The notes under the pieces were generated by a model that saw only the letters and a list, made by a program, of their open reading frames with translations, had not been told where the DNA came from and did no database searches. This document shows positions 8,801 to 18,028 of a stretch of 64,000 nt of DNA, piece by piece (position 1 is the stretch's first letter; each line of letters opens with the position of its first letter). The translations under genes were made by a program, and so were the position numbers. Origin of the DNA: an uncultured delta proteobacterium (GTDB taxonomy: Bacteria; Myxococcota_A; Polyangia; Polyangiales; Polyangiaceae); the NCBI GenBank assembly GCA_963782055.1, contig CAWAIF010000003.1:4992001-5056000 (forward strand). Direction: 5' to 3'.

Positions 8801-9934
8801 ATGGACCGCGGGATCCGTCCAGCCACGCTGGCGATGCGCGCGCTGATCGGGGGTGCGATCGGGGGCGCCCTGGTCGCCTGCGTGGGCGGCGCGTCGTCGC
8901 CACCGAAGCGCAAGAGCCAGCTGCTGGAGTCCGCCGGCGCGCTGCCGGACGGGAGGACCTTCCCGTGGACGGTCAGCACCAACACCTCCCGCACCGCGTG
9001 GGTGTACGGCGCGCCTTCGGCACAGATCGAGATCCACGATGGCAGCGGGCTCGTCGCGTCCACGCCGGACGAGGGCCTGGGAAACCTCGACGTGGTGCCC
9101 TTCGACGTGGCGCCGGACCGCTCCGCCGCCCTCTGCGCCGCCACCGAGCTGCGCGCCTTCGACGGCGCGAGCTGGTCGGCCACGAGCTACGCTGCGATCA
9201 CCGCGGGCGGGGGCGCCTACCAGTGCGCCGCGCTGGCGACCCGCGCCCGGGGCGACGTCTGGATGATCCTGCAGCCCGACGCGTCGGTGGGCGTCCCGCC
9301 GCCGGATCGCCTCTGTCACCTTCAGACGGGGGCCTGGACGTGCGCCGACCTGCCGAGCCCTGCCCTCCTCGACACGCTGGTGCTCACCGCGCAGCACGTG
9401 TGGTGGCTCTCCGGCGCCGGCGACGTCCTCGCGGTCGATACCAGCCTCCCCGTCGCGCCGCTCGCCGCGACGACCGTCGCCACCGGCACCTCGGCGTCGT
9501 GGCTGCAGGCGGACCCGACGGCGGAGGCCGTCCTCGTCACCTACCAGACCACCCGCTTCCCCGCGCACATGTCCGCCGACACCCCGCCGGAGCACGTCGC
9601 CCTGGACGGCACACGCACGCCGTACGCGATGCACTCCCAGTTCGGTGGCTACGCCGACGTGTGGCTCGCGCCGGACGGGCGCGCCCTGGCGCTGGACGTG
9701 GGCCAGGGCACGAGCTGCTCGGGCGGCGGCGTGTACGGCTACACCACAGGCGGCGGCGGATGCAGCGTGGACTGGACACAGCTCGTCCTGTACCGGCTCG
9801 GCACCGGCGCGCCGGTGGAGGTCGCGCACGCGGACTACAGCGGCGGCGGCGGGGACCAGATCGTGGTCGACGTGGAGCGACCGGACGGCACGTACCTCTC
9901 GGTCACCGGCGATCCCTGGTACCGCTGGCCCTGA
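8801..9934 (+). CDS. Hypothetical lipoprotein, beta-rich (propeller-like)
   Basis: LVAC lipobox; TAGCGT 6 nt upstream of ATG 8801. Confidence 0.65.
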   Translation: MDRGIRPATLAMRALIGGAIGGALVACVGGASSPPKRKSQLLESAGALPDGRTFPWTVSTNTSRTAWVYGAPSAQIEIHDGSGLVASTPDEGLGNLDVVPFDVAPDRSAALCAATELRAFDGASWSATSYAAITAGGGAYQCAALATRARGDVWMILQPDASVGVPPPDRLCHLQTGAWTCADLPSPALLDTLVLTAQHVWWLSGAGDVLAVDTSLPVAPLAATTVATGTSASWLQADPTAEAVLVTYQTTRFPAHMSADTPPEHVALDGTRTPYAMHSQFGGYADVWLAPDGRALALDVGQGTSCSGGGVYGYTTGGGGCSVDWTQLVLYRLGTGAPVEVAHADYSGGGGDQIVVDVERPDGTYLSVTGDPWYRWP

Positions 9935-9966
9935 TCCGCACGCCCTGCTGCGAGTAAGATCCAGCC

Positions 9967-10758
9967 GTGGCCAGGCGATCGCGCTTCTTCTACGTCCGCG
10001 TCACCATCCTGCTGGCCACTCTGGTCGTCACCATAGGCTGGGCGGCGAAGGACCGGGCAGACCGCCGGGCGCGCAAGGACTGGGATCACACCCTCGCCAT
10101 CGCGGTCGTCGTCCTGCGTGACGGCGCGGTCGACCCGGCGGCGATCGACGCCCTGCGGCAGCGGCTGCCGGCGCTGGGCGACCGGATGCAGCAGGAGCTG
10201 CACCGCTACCGGCCGGGCGCGCCGCGCCCCTTCGAGTTCACGCTGTTCGGCCCGATCGACGTGACCGCGCCGCCGCCCGCGGCGAAGGGCGACGGCGTGC
10301 TGGACCTCGCGGGCCACGCGTGGGACTCCTGGCGCTACGTGCGCGGGGTGGATGCGCGCGCCGGCGTGACGGGCGGAGACTGGGACTCGCGCATCTACTT
10401 GACGGTGACCGCGCCGGCCAGCGACAGGCAGCAGTTCGTGGAGGGGTCGAGCGAGCAGAACGGCCGCATCGGCGCGGTGATTGTCGAGCTCGCCGACGGC
10501 ATGGTGGACTTCGCGCTGGCGGTCACGGCGCACGAGCTGCTCCACACGCTGGGCGCGACCGACAAGTACGACGACGCCGGCCGCACGCGCGCGCCCGACG
10601 GGCTGGTCGAGCCGGACGCGAGCCCGCTCTACCCGCAGCGGTTCGCCGAGATCATGGCGCACGGCCGGCCCGTCTCGCCGACCGAGACCGAGCCCATCGA
10701 CACCCTGGACAATCTGGCGGTGGGCCCGGCGACGGCGGCCGAGATCGGCTGGCGGTGA
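9967..10758 (+). CDS. Membrane-anchored putative zinc metallopeptidase (HEXXH)
   Basis: N-terminal TM, AHELLHTLGA, EIMA (Met-turn-like). Confidence 0.7.
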   Translation: MARRSRFFYVRVTILLATLVVTIGWAAKDRADRRARKDWDHTLAIAVVVLRDGAVDPAAIDALRQRLPALGDRMQQELHRYRPGAPRPFEFTLFGPIDVTAPPPAAKGDGVLDLAGHAWDSWRYVRGVDARAGVTGGDWDSRIYLTVTAPASDRQQFVEGSSEQNGRIGAVIVELADGMVDFALAVTAHELLHTLGATDKYDDAGRTRAPDGLVEPDASPLYPQRFAEIMAHGRPVSPTETEPIDTLDNLAVGPATAAEIGWR

Positions 10759-11481
10759 CTACGCCAGGTTGCGCGCGAAGAGGGCGAAGAGGCGCTCGAA
10801 GTGGCGCTCGGAGGCCGCACGGTCGTAGCGCGCGCCGCCCGGGGGCGCGAAGCCGTGCAGCGCGCCGGGGTAGCGCTCGATGCGGTGGCGGACGCCGGCC
10901 TTCGTCAGGGCGGCCTCCATCGCCTCGCGGTCGGAGGGAGGCGCGGTGGGGTCGTCGTCCGCCCAGCCGAGGTAGACCTCCGCCTTCACGCCCGACACGT
11001 TGAGGTGCGAGGAGTCCGGCTCGTCGGTCACGAACCACGCGCCGTGGAAGCTCGCCGCGGCGGCGACGCGATCCGGGAAGGCGCTGGCGACGGCCAGCGC
11101 GAAGGGCCCGCTCATGCAGTAGCCGACCACCCCGACCTTCCCCGCGGTGACGGGCTCCTTCGCGGCGTGCGCGAAGAGCGCCCGGGCGTCGTCGACGACG
11201 CGCGCCCTGGTGAGCTTCTGTCGCAGCTCGGTGCGGCGGTGCATCTCCTCGTCGCTCGCGCCGAACTCGCGGTACGGCTCGTCGGCGTAATACAGGTAGG
11301 GCAGGAAGACGGTGTAACCGACGCTCGCGATGCGCGACGCCATGTCGCGGAGCGACTGCCGCACGCTGGGCGCGTCCATCAGGAAGAGCACCAGCGGGAA
11401 CGGGCCGCCCTCCTCCGGGTGGAAGACGAAGGTGGGCATCGTCCCGTGGGGCGTGGTGACGTCGACGCGCTTCTCAATCAT
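10759..11481 (-). CDS. Dienelactone hydrolase family protein
   Basis: GYCMSG nucleophile, SFHG, YPGALHGF. Confidence 0.92.
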   Translation of the reverse strand: MIEKRVDVTTPHGTMPTFVFHPEEGGPFPLVLFLMDAPSVRQSLRDMASRIASVGYTVFLPYLYYADEPYREFGASDEEMHRRTELRQKLTRARVVDDARALFAHAAKEPVTAGKVGVVGYCMSGPFALAVASAFPDRVAAAASFHGAWFVTDEPDSSHLNVSGVKAEVYLGWADDDPTAPPSDREAMEAALTKAGVRHRIERYPGALHGFAPPGGARYDRAASERHFERLFALFARNLA

Positions 11482-11514
11482 GCGGGCGACCGTAGATCCA
11501 CCCGCGCGCGCCGG

Positions 11515-12525
11515 CTACGCCGAAGGCGACGGGCGAGGCTCGTCGGTGGGCGACGGCGCCTGGAGCGCGCGAGGGCGAGGCCCGGGCGCGCCGTGCGCAC
11601 GCGCCAGCACGCGACGCATCGCCGCGACGAAGCGGGTGAAGAGGCGCCGCAGCGGTCGGCGACGCGGTGGAGCCCGGAAGGCGACGCGTACGCGCGCGGG
11701 CTCCCGCTCCTCGGCGAGGAAGCGCTCCACGTCGCCGGTGAACCGCTCGGCGGCCTCCAGGTGCGGGAAGTGCCCCACCCGCGGGTAGCGCGCCAGGCTC
11801 GCGCCGGCGAGGAGCTCGCGCGCGCGGACGCCCTGCCTGACGGGGAGGATGGGATCACGGTCTCCCCAGACCAGGGCCAGGGGCGGCAGGTCGACCTCCC
11901 CGATGCGATCCCACGTCTGCACGCGCTGCCCGAAGAGATCGATGCACCCGATCACCGTCCGGTGGAACGCCATGCCCGTGCCGGGCGCGCGGTTCATCCA
12001 CGCCGCGCGCGCAATCTCCTCCGGCGAGCCGTTGCCGGCGACGCGCATCATCACGTGGGTGCCCGGGCCCATGAGCGGCTGCGCGAGAAGGCGGCCGAGC
12101 ACCGGCATCGACGCCAGGCGCAGCCCCAGGCTCACCTCCGGCCCGAGGCCGCCCGGCGCGACCAGCACCATGCGCTCGACGCGCGCCCGTGCGTCCAGCA
12201 CCAGCCACTGCGCGATCCCGCCGCCGAAGGAGTGGCCGACGACGTGCGCGCGCTCCACGCCGGCGGCGTCCAGCCAGCCGACCAGCGTGCGCGCGTACCA
12301 GTCCAGCGTGTACGGCGCGTCCGGCCTGCCGGACAGGCCATGGCCGGGCAGGTCGGGCATCAGCACGCGGAAGCGCGACGCGAGGCGCGGCGCGGCGAGC
12401 CGCCACGTGCGATGCGAGTCGGCGAGGCCGTGGAGCAGGACCAGCGGCGGTCCGCTCCCCATCTCCGACCAGGCGATCGACGTATCCGAGACGCGCGTGA
12501 CCCTGGGGGTGCCGAGCATGTCCAT
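11515..12525 (-). CDS. Alpha/beta fold hydrolase
   Basis: LLHGLADS, DLPGHGLS, GHSFGGG, GHFPHLE; start among ATG 12519/12525/12534. Confidence 0.9.
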   Translation of the reverse strand: MDMLGTPRVTRVSDTSIAWSEMGSGPPLVLLHGLADSHRTWRLAAPRLASRFRVLMPDLPGHGLSGRPDAPYTLDWYARTLVGWLDAAGVERAHVVGHSFGGGIAQWLVLDARARVERMVLVAPGGLGPEVSLGLRLASMPVLGRLLAQPLMGPGTHVMMRVAGNGSPEEIARAAWMNRAPGTGMAFHRTVIGCIDLFGQRVQTWDRIGEVDLPPLALVWGDRDPILPVRQGVRARELLAGASLARYPRVGHFPHLEAAERFTGDVERFLAEEREPARVRVAFRAPPRRRPLRRLFTRFVAAMRRVLARAHGAPGPRPRALQAPSPTDEPRPSPSA

Positions 12526-12555
12526 GTGATACATACGTGATACATCGTGACACAC
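12525..12555. promoter_or_regulatory. Three tandem direct repeats (YGTGAYACAY), putative regulator binding site
   Basis: TGTGATACAT (12525-34), CGTGATACAT (12536-45), CGTGACACAC (12546-55); 10-11 bp period, AT-rich, at the hydrolase 5' end. Confidence 0.5.
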
Positions 12556-12606
12556 CAGAGCGCAAGGGCTCTCGGGTGCGCGGCGTCGGTGAAGATCACG
12601 AGCGCA

Positions 12607-13383
12607 TCAGGTCCACGCCTTCTCCTCGAGCGCTCGCTCCGTCTTCGACGTGTCCACCCCGAAGTGCTCGAAGCCTGGCAGGACCACCTCGCGCACCGTG
12701 CTCCGGTAGATGGCGGCGACCGCCTGCGGTCCGAGGTAGCCCCAGCGCTCCAGCGAAGGCTCGTCGTCCCCGCTCGTCTCGGCCGGCTTCATGCCCGGGT
12801 TCATCGCACGCAGCACGGCGCCCGGGAGCGCGTCCGCGAGGCCCTGCAGGCTCCCGGCCCTCGCGCGCTCGGCGACGTACGCCCAGCCGACGCGCCCGTG
12901 GTCGAGCTCGTCGCGAAGGAGCGACTGCACCACGGCGCGGGCGACCGGGTGCGTCGTGCGCGAGAGCATCTCGGTGAAGGCGACGCCGGTGACGGTCTCG
13001 CTCACGCAGCACGTCTCCACGACGTGGAGCAGCACGCGCATGGCCGGCGGCAGCGCCTCGTACGCCGGCATCGTCGGCGTACCGCGGTAACGCGCGACGA
13101 CGAAGGGCTGTCCCCGGAGAGCAGACCACATGCGGGCGCAGATCTCGGCGTGGCGGACCTCGTCGTTGGCCGCGCGCGTGACGAGAGAGAGCACGACGGG
13201 CTCGCAGCCTTCCTCGGCGAGCTGGTGCGCGATGCGCGAGAACCCGCCCACGGCGAGGTGCTCCTGCTTGCTGCGGTGGTTCCACGACTCCGCGACCCTC
13301 AGGCAGCCCGCGCGGTCGGCCCCGGCATCGCGCGCCAGATCGTCCCAGGCGAAGTCCGCCGCCGCTCCTCGACCCTCCCGCAT
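12607..13383 (-). CDS. Ferritin-like (diiron) domain protein
   Basis: QEHLAVGGF, DEVRHA, CVSET, DELDHG (two ExxH motifs). Confidence 0.85.
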   Translation of the reverse strand: MREGRGAAADFAWDDLARDAGADRAGCLRVAESWNHRSKQEHLAVGGFSRIAHQLAEEGCEPVVLSLVTRAANDEVRHAEICARMWSALRGQPFVVARYRGTPTMPAYEALPPAMRVLLHVVETCCVSETVTGVAFTEMLSRTTHPVARAVVQSLLRDELDHGRVGWAYVAERARAGSLQGLADALPGAVLRAMNPGMKPAETSGDDEPSLERWGYLGPQAVAAIYRSTVREVVLPGFEHFGVDTSKTERALEEKAWT

Positions 13384-13444
13384 TCGGACAGCGTACCGGA
13401 CGGCGTGTGGTCGCGCACGGCCCCGGCGCTGCTACGCTGCAGTC

Positions 13445-13960
13445 ATGGGGAAGAGGGGGATGTACCGGGCCATCGTCCTTCGCGGGGCTTCGCTCGTCGG
13501 TCGCACGTCACTGGCGGTGATATGCGGCGCGTGCGGCAGCAGCGAATTGCCGGGGCCGGTCTGCAACCCGTTCGTTCTCCTTCAGTCGCCGTGTGGCTTC
13601 CGGAGCGTCACCACGACGTGCTCCGCCGGCCCGGCGCAGTGCGACGGCAACACGACCGCCTCGGACCTCTGCGAGATCGGCTCTCCCGCCGACCCGATCA
13701 AGGACGACTGCAGCGTCTCCGTGATCCTCCGGGACGGGAGCCGCCACGACTTCTCCGTCACGATCGATCACAGCGCCGGAGCGGCTTGCGTCAACGCACT
13801 GGTCTCCCCATCCGACAACAGGTCGCTCACGTGCACGGAGGAGGCAGGGACCGACGCCGCGAGCAACCCCGGCGACGGCGGTCAGGACAGCTCCGTCGAC
13901 GCGGCAACCGTCGACGCCGGCGCAGACGCCCAGGGCCCCACCGACGCGGGGACCGACTGA
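13445..13960 (+). CDS. Cys-rich secreted/lipoprotein, paralogue A
   Basis: YRAIVLRGASLVGRTSLAVICGAC leader, LQSPCGFRSVTTTC, acidic DAG-rich tail. Confidence 0.75.
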   Translation: MGKRGMYRAIVLRGASLVGRTSLAVICGACGSSELPGPVCNPFVLLQSPCGFRSVTTTCSAGPAQCDGNTTASDLCEIGSPADPIKDDCSVSVILRDGSRHDFSVTIDHSAGAACVNALVSPSDNRSLTCTEEAGTDAASNPGDGGQDSSVDAATVDAGADAQGPTDAGTD

Positions 13961-13961
13961 G

Positions 13962-14486
13962 ATGGCGCGATCGCAGCGACGCGCAGCCAGGCTGTTTCGG
14001 GCCATCGTCCTCGGCGGTGCCTCGCTCGTCGGAGGGACCGCCCTGGCGGTCATCTGCGACGCCTCCTGCAGTGGAGAGACCGCCGGCCCCACATGCAGTC
14101 CCTACGTCCACCTCCAGTCGCCCTGCGGGTTCCGCAGCATCACGACGACGTGCACCGGCGCGCCCGCGCGCTGCGACGAGAGCATCGACGCTGGCGCCTC
14201 CGCGTGGTGTCAGATCGGCTCCTTCGACGACCCGGTGACGAAGGACTGCACGGTCTCGGTGGTGCTGGGCGACGGCACGCGACACGACATGAACGTGAAC
14301 GTGGCGCCCAGCGGAGTGCCCGACTGCTCGACCGCGTTCTACACGCCCGCGAGCTTCTACTCGACGACGTGCAGGCCGCCCGAGCCGAGCGCCGATGCGG
14401 GGAGTGACGCCTCAGGCGACGCCGGAGCGACGGACGCCGGCGAGGCGGGCGACGCACACGGCGAGATGGACGCGAGCGGCGACTGA
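13962..14486 (+). CDS. Cys-rich secreted/lipoprotein, paralogue B
   Basis: FRAIVLGGASLVGGTALAVICDASC leader, LQSPCGFRSITTTC, DAG-rich tail; tandem duplicate of A. Confidence 0.8.
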   Translation: MARSQRRAARLFRAIVLGGASLVGGTALAVICDASCSGETAGPTCSPYVHLQSPCGFRSITTTCTGAPARCDESIDAGASAWCQIGSFDDPVTKDCTVSVVLGDGTRHDMNVNVAPSGVPDCSTAFYTPASFYSTTCRPPEPSADAGSDASGDAGATDAGEAGDAHGEMDASGD

Positions 14487-14490
14487 GGCC

Positions 14491-15312
14491 TCAGCCCCTG
14501 GCGGTGCAGTCGCGCACGAAGTCCTCGAGCAGGCGGTTGAACATGTCCGGCGCGTCCCACTGGACCGCGTGGCCAGCCTCCGGGACGTCGTGCACCTTGC
14601 CGCGCCACAGCGTCGGCATCGTGAGCCCGTCGAAGTAGTTCCGCTGCACGAGGCGGTCGGCGCCCGCCAGGATGGCGAGCGGGCGCTTCAGCGCGCCCAC
14701 CGCGGCGACCTCGTCGCGGATCTCGCCGCGGTTGAGGGCCGCCATGACCGCCGCCCGCGCGCGCCCGTCGCTGCGCGCGAAGTCCTCCAGGAAGATCTCC
14801 GGGATGGGCTCACCGGGCCGGAAGTAGAGCGCCAGGAGCGCGCGCACCTGCTCCGGCGTCGGGGACTCCTCGAACGCGGCACCCAGCGCCGGCTCGCTGG
14901 CGAAGGCGCGCGGGAAGTCGGCGCTGCTCGCGAGCGGCGGCGCCCCGGAGATCATCAGCCCGGCTGCCGCGCCCAGACGATCGCTCGCCTCGAGCACGAC
15001 GTGGCCACCCAGGCTCCACCCCACGACCACGCCGCCGTCCAGCGCGCCGACCTCGCGCGCCACGCCCACGAGCGCCTCCGCGTACCCGCGCGGGGTGTAC
15101 GTCCGCGCCGGATCGGCGGCGCGGCTGGAGTCGCCGTGCCCGGGCAGGTCCATCGCGACGAGGCGCAGTCGCTCCCCGAGCGGCGCGAGCTGCCGCTCGA
15201 AGCACCGGCCGGAGCACGAGTTGCCGTGGCAGAGAAGCACAGTGGGGCCCTCGCCCTCGGTCGTGCGCAATGCGATGTCGAGCTCCCCCACCCGGACGAA
15301 GGTCTTCTTCAT
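14491..15312 (-). CDS. Alpha/beta fold hydrolase
   Basis: LLCHGNS, DLPGHGDS, GWSLGG, AGHAVQW; start MKKTFV at ATG 15312. Confidence 0.9.
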   Translation of the reverse strand: MKKTFVRVGELDIALRTTEGEGPTVLLCHGNSCSGRCFERQLAPLGERLRLVAMDLPGHGDSSRAADPARTYTPRGYAEALVGVAREVGALDGGVVVGWSLGGHVVLEASDRLGAAAGLMISGAPPLASSADFPRAFASEPALGAAFEESPTPEQVRALLALYFRPGEPIPEIFLEDFARSDGRARAAVMAALNRGEIRDEVAAVGALKRPLAILAGADRLVQRNYFDGLTMPTLWRGKVHDVPEAGHAVQWDAPDMFNRLLEDFVRDCTARG

Positions 15313-15338
15313 GAGAGGGGGATACACGAGGCCGTACC

Positions 15339-15509
15339 CTAAATCGGCGTTCGTGATCCTCGAACGCCGATTTTCGCGAGCAAGGCGAGCGCCGCGTGGG
15401 GTGGGGCCCCGAAAAACCGCGTTTTTCGGGGCGGGGCGGGGCGGCGCGTGCCGCCCCGTGAGACAAGACCTGAATCGGACGAGCGCGATTCCGAATCGCG
15501 CTCGTTCAT
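15339..15509. repeat. ~170-bp multi-hairpin intergenic element, copy 1
   Basis: Close match to 38757-38921; stems AATCGGCGTTCG/CGAACGCCGATT, GCCCCGAAAAA/TTTTTCGGGGC, GGGGCGGC/GCCGCCCC, ACGAGCGCGATT/AATCGCGCTCGT. Confidence 0.92.
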
Positions 15510-15548
15510 TTGAATCAGCGTGCACGATTCGGCTGCACCGAATCGTGC
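15510..15548. repeat. Additional related REP-like hairpin unit
   Basis: TTGAATCAGCGTGCACGATT head resembles the element subunits; perfect 11-bp stem GCACGATTCGG/CCGAATCGTGC (15522-15548). Confidence 0.6.
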
Positions 15549-15853
15549 CGGGGGATGCTCATCCCCGCGCCGCCGAAGTGAATCAGTCGCCAGTCACGAA
15601 GGCCCGGAGGGCTCGGGACTGCCCGCTCCGTCCGCCTTGACCTCGGCGACCGCCGCCCCACCGGCGACCGCGGGCGCAGGATCCGGCGGCTCCTTCTCGA
15701 ACGCCTTCTTGCCGTACACGAGGAAGCGCACCGGATGCGCTGCCGCCCGCTCCGTGGTTCCCGACCGCGCGTTCAGGACGCGAACACCAGTGCTCCAGCG
15801 CCGGGCGAGTCCACGCTCGACACGCCGGCGCGATGGTCCGACAATCCTCCCCG

Positions 15854-17152
15854 ATGCGCCTCGCCTGGATGCTCCTGGTGCTCGCCGGATGTCATCACGC
15901 GTCGACCGCCGCGGCGCCCGACGCCGGCGCGCCGCCGACCGCAGCGCCGTCCAACGCCCCCAAGGCGCTGCGCAAGGCCGACTCGGCCATCCTGGTGGAG
16001 GTGCGCGAGACGAGCGACGCCGACGGCCGGCGCGGCGACGTGGCCTTCAAGCTCACGCGCGCCCGGGAGCGCTTCGGCTGGGACGGCAAGGGCGTTCCCT
16101 ACCCCGACTCGCTGGGCGAGCGCGTGCCCGACCCCGACGACAGGCGGACGTGCAGCTGCGACGTCACCGCCGTCTGCCCCCGCTGCGACGGCTTCCAGTC
16201 CAGCCAGCTACAGCGACGCAACGGCGTCGTGAGCGCGGCGGTGGTGGACGCCTTCATCGCCGAGGTGATGCGCCATGGCTGGGCCCCCGGCGCCGACGCC
16301 GGCGCGCCGCGCTTCAGCAGGCACCTCGAGAAGGTGCACGTCGCCATCGCCGTGCCCGGCGTGCCCGACCCGATCCACGTCTCCATCATGGACTCGCGCC
16401 ATCGCTGGTTGCTCGACGACCGTCCCATCGGGGGCGACACGACGAAGCTGGACGCCGCCTACCAGGCGCTCAGCAAGGCGCTGGGCATCGGCGACTGGCT
16501 CGCCGCGATGAGCCCGCCGGTCGAGACCTCCCTGCCGCCGGACTTCGCCGACCTGGCGAAGGCGGCGATCGTGGAGGTCCACGACTCCTGGAACGGCCTG
16601 GGGTCGACGCACGACGACGTCGTGCGGCTGAAGCGGCAGGGGAAGGCCTTCGCGTGGCGCGCCAAGATCGCGTCCTACCCCGGCTCGCTCGGGGAGAGCA
16701 CGCCGAACCCCTTCACGCCCAAGGAACGCGACAACCCGACGTGCACGTGCGACGTCGACGCCACGTGCCCGTGCGAGCATCCCGGCGGCGCCATCACTCG
16801 CAAGAAGGGGACCGTCCCCGCCGCGGCGGTGGAGGCGTTCCTTCGGACGGTGGCGGCGCACACCATCGACCCGGCGCCGCCCACGGCGCGCGCGCACTGG
16901 ACCGACGACTACCCGAAGGCCCACGTGGTGGTGTGGGTGACGCCCACCAGCACGCCGATCCACCTCGGCTTCCCGGATCAGCAGCGGCAGTGGCACGCCA
17001 ACGGCCTCGTCCTCTCGCCGGACCCCGCGCCTCCCGCGGCCGAGCAGCAAAGAGGCGTGCCCCAGACGCAGCACCAGGTGATCAACGCCTCCTACCAGGT
17101 GATGCTCACCGCCCTGGGTGAGCCGCATTGGGTCGACGAGTCCAGGCGCTGA
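15854..17152 (+). CDS. Lipoprotein with two tandem homologous Cys-motif domains
   Basis: LAGC lipobox; AILVEVRE..TCSCDVTAVCPRC..KVHVAI..PIHV versus AAIVEVHD..TCTCDVDATCPC..KAHVVV..PIHL. Confidence 0.75.
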   Translation: MRLAWMLLVLAGCHHASTAAAPDAGAPPTAAPSNAPKALRKADSAILVEVRETSDADGRRGDVAFKLTRARERFGWDGKGVPYPDSLGERVPDPDDRRTCSCDVTAVCPRCDGFQSSQLQRRNGVVSAAVVDAFIAEVMRHGWAPGADAGAPRFSRHLEKVHVAIAVPGVPDPIHVSIMDSRHRWLLDDRPIGGDTTKLDAAYQALSKALGIGDWLAAMSPPVETSLPPDFADLAKAAIVEVHDSWNGLGSTHDDVVRLKRQGKAFAWRAKIASYPGSLGESTPNPFTPKERDNPTCTCDVDATCPCEHPGGAITRKKGTVPAAAVEAFLRTVAAHTIDPAPPTARAHWTDDYPKAHVVVWVTPTSTPIHLGFPDQQRQWHANGLVLSPDPAPPAAEQQRGVPQTQHQVINASYQVMLTALGEPHWVDESRR

Positions 17153-17262
17153 CGCGCGACGCCCGGATGGCCTGCGAGCCGGGGTGTACTCCTGCCAAGC
17201 GACGCGGGATCCTGCGCGAGTGACAGTGGCCCACGCGGCCGGCCTTGGTGTAAATGTGGGCG

Positions 17263-17937
17263 ATGCTCCCCGACAGCTCGCTGCACCACGCCGCACGCCA
17301 CGCCGTCGCGATCCTCATCGCGGCGACCGCGATGGGTTGTTCCAAGGACCAGCCCGAGACCACCGCCGCCTCGGCCAGCGCGAGCGCCCCCGCGGCGCCG
17401 GCGCCCACGCCGTCGGCGAGCGCCGCCCCCAGCGCCACCGCCAGCGCGGCGCCGGAGCCGCACCATGACTGCCCCGCGCACTCGGAGGGCATCGGCTCCT
17501 TCGCCAAGCCCTGCGAGGCCAAGGGCAAGGAGCGGCTGATGACCGTGAAGTGGAAGAAGACCGACGACAAGGGGCCCAGCTTCTGGGTGAAGAACACCGG
17601 CAAGCTGACGATCCTCTACGGCAAGATCGCCGTCTACTTCTACGACAAGAAGGGCAAGCAGCTCGACGTCAAGGACGACGCCCAGACGCCCCCGGTGGTC
17701 AAGTCTTTCCTCACCTGCTCGGGCAACATCTTCTCCGGCGTGATGCACCCGAAGGAGAGCGCCGTGCTCACCTTCTCCTGCGTGCCCAAGTCCCTCATCC
17801 CCGACGGCACGGCGTCGATCGAGGGCGAGATGGAGGAGGTCGGCTTCGCCGACGCGGGCGGCAAGAAGAACGACTTCTTCTGGAGCAACCACGACCTCGC
17901 GCCGGAGCAGCGCCCGAAGGGCGGCATCAAGAAGTAG
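17263..17937 (+). CDS. Hypothetical lipoprotein
   Basis: AMGC lipobox, Ala/Pro linker, Lys-rich beta domain. Confidence 0.8.
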   Translation: MLPDSSLHHAARHAVAILIAATAMGCSKDQPETTAASASASAPAAPAPTPSASAAPSATASAAPEPHHDCPAHSEGIGSFAKPCEAKGKERLMTVKWKKTDDKGPSFWVKNTGKLTILYGKIAVYFYDKKGKQLDVKDDAQTPPVVKSFLTCSGNIFSGVMHPKESAVLTFSCVPKSLIPDGTASIEGEMEEVGFADAGGKKNDFFWSNHDLAPEQRPKGGIKK

Positions 17938-18028
17938 GCGGCGAGCCCTCGTCGGGCGCGCTCGCGTCTTCGGGAGCCTGCGACGCCGGGCCGCCAGGGG
18001 GAGACTCGACCCCCGACGCCGCGGCCCT

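Noticed and set aside
15339..15640. Known riboswitch or tRNA in the hairpin-rich region
   Set aside because: I could not match cobalamin, TPP or c-di-AMP riboswitch or tRNA consensus by eye; an Rfam scan is needed.
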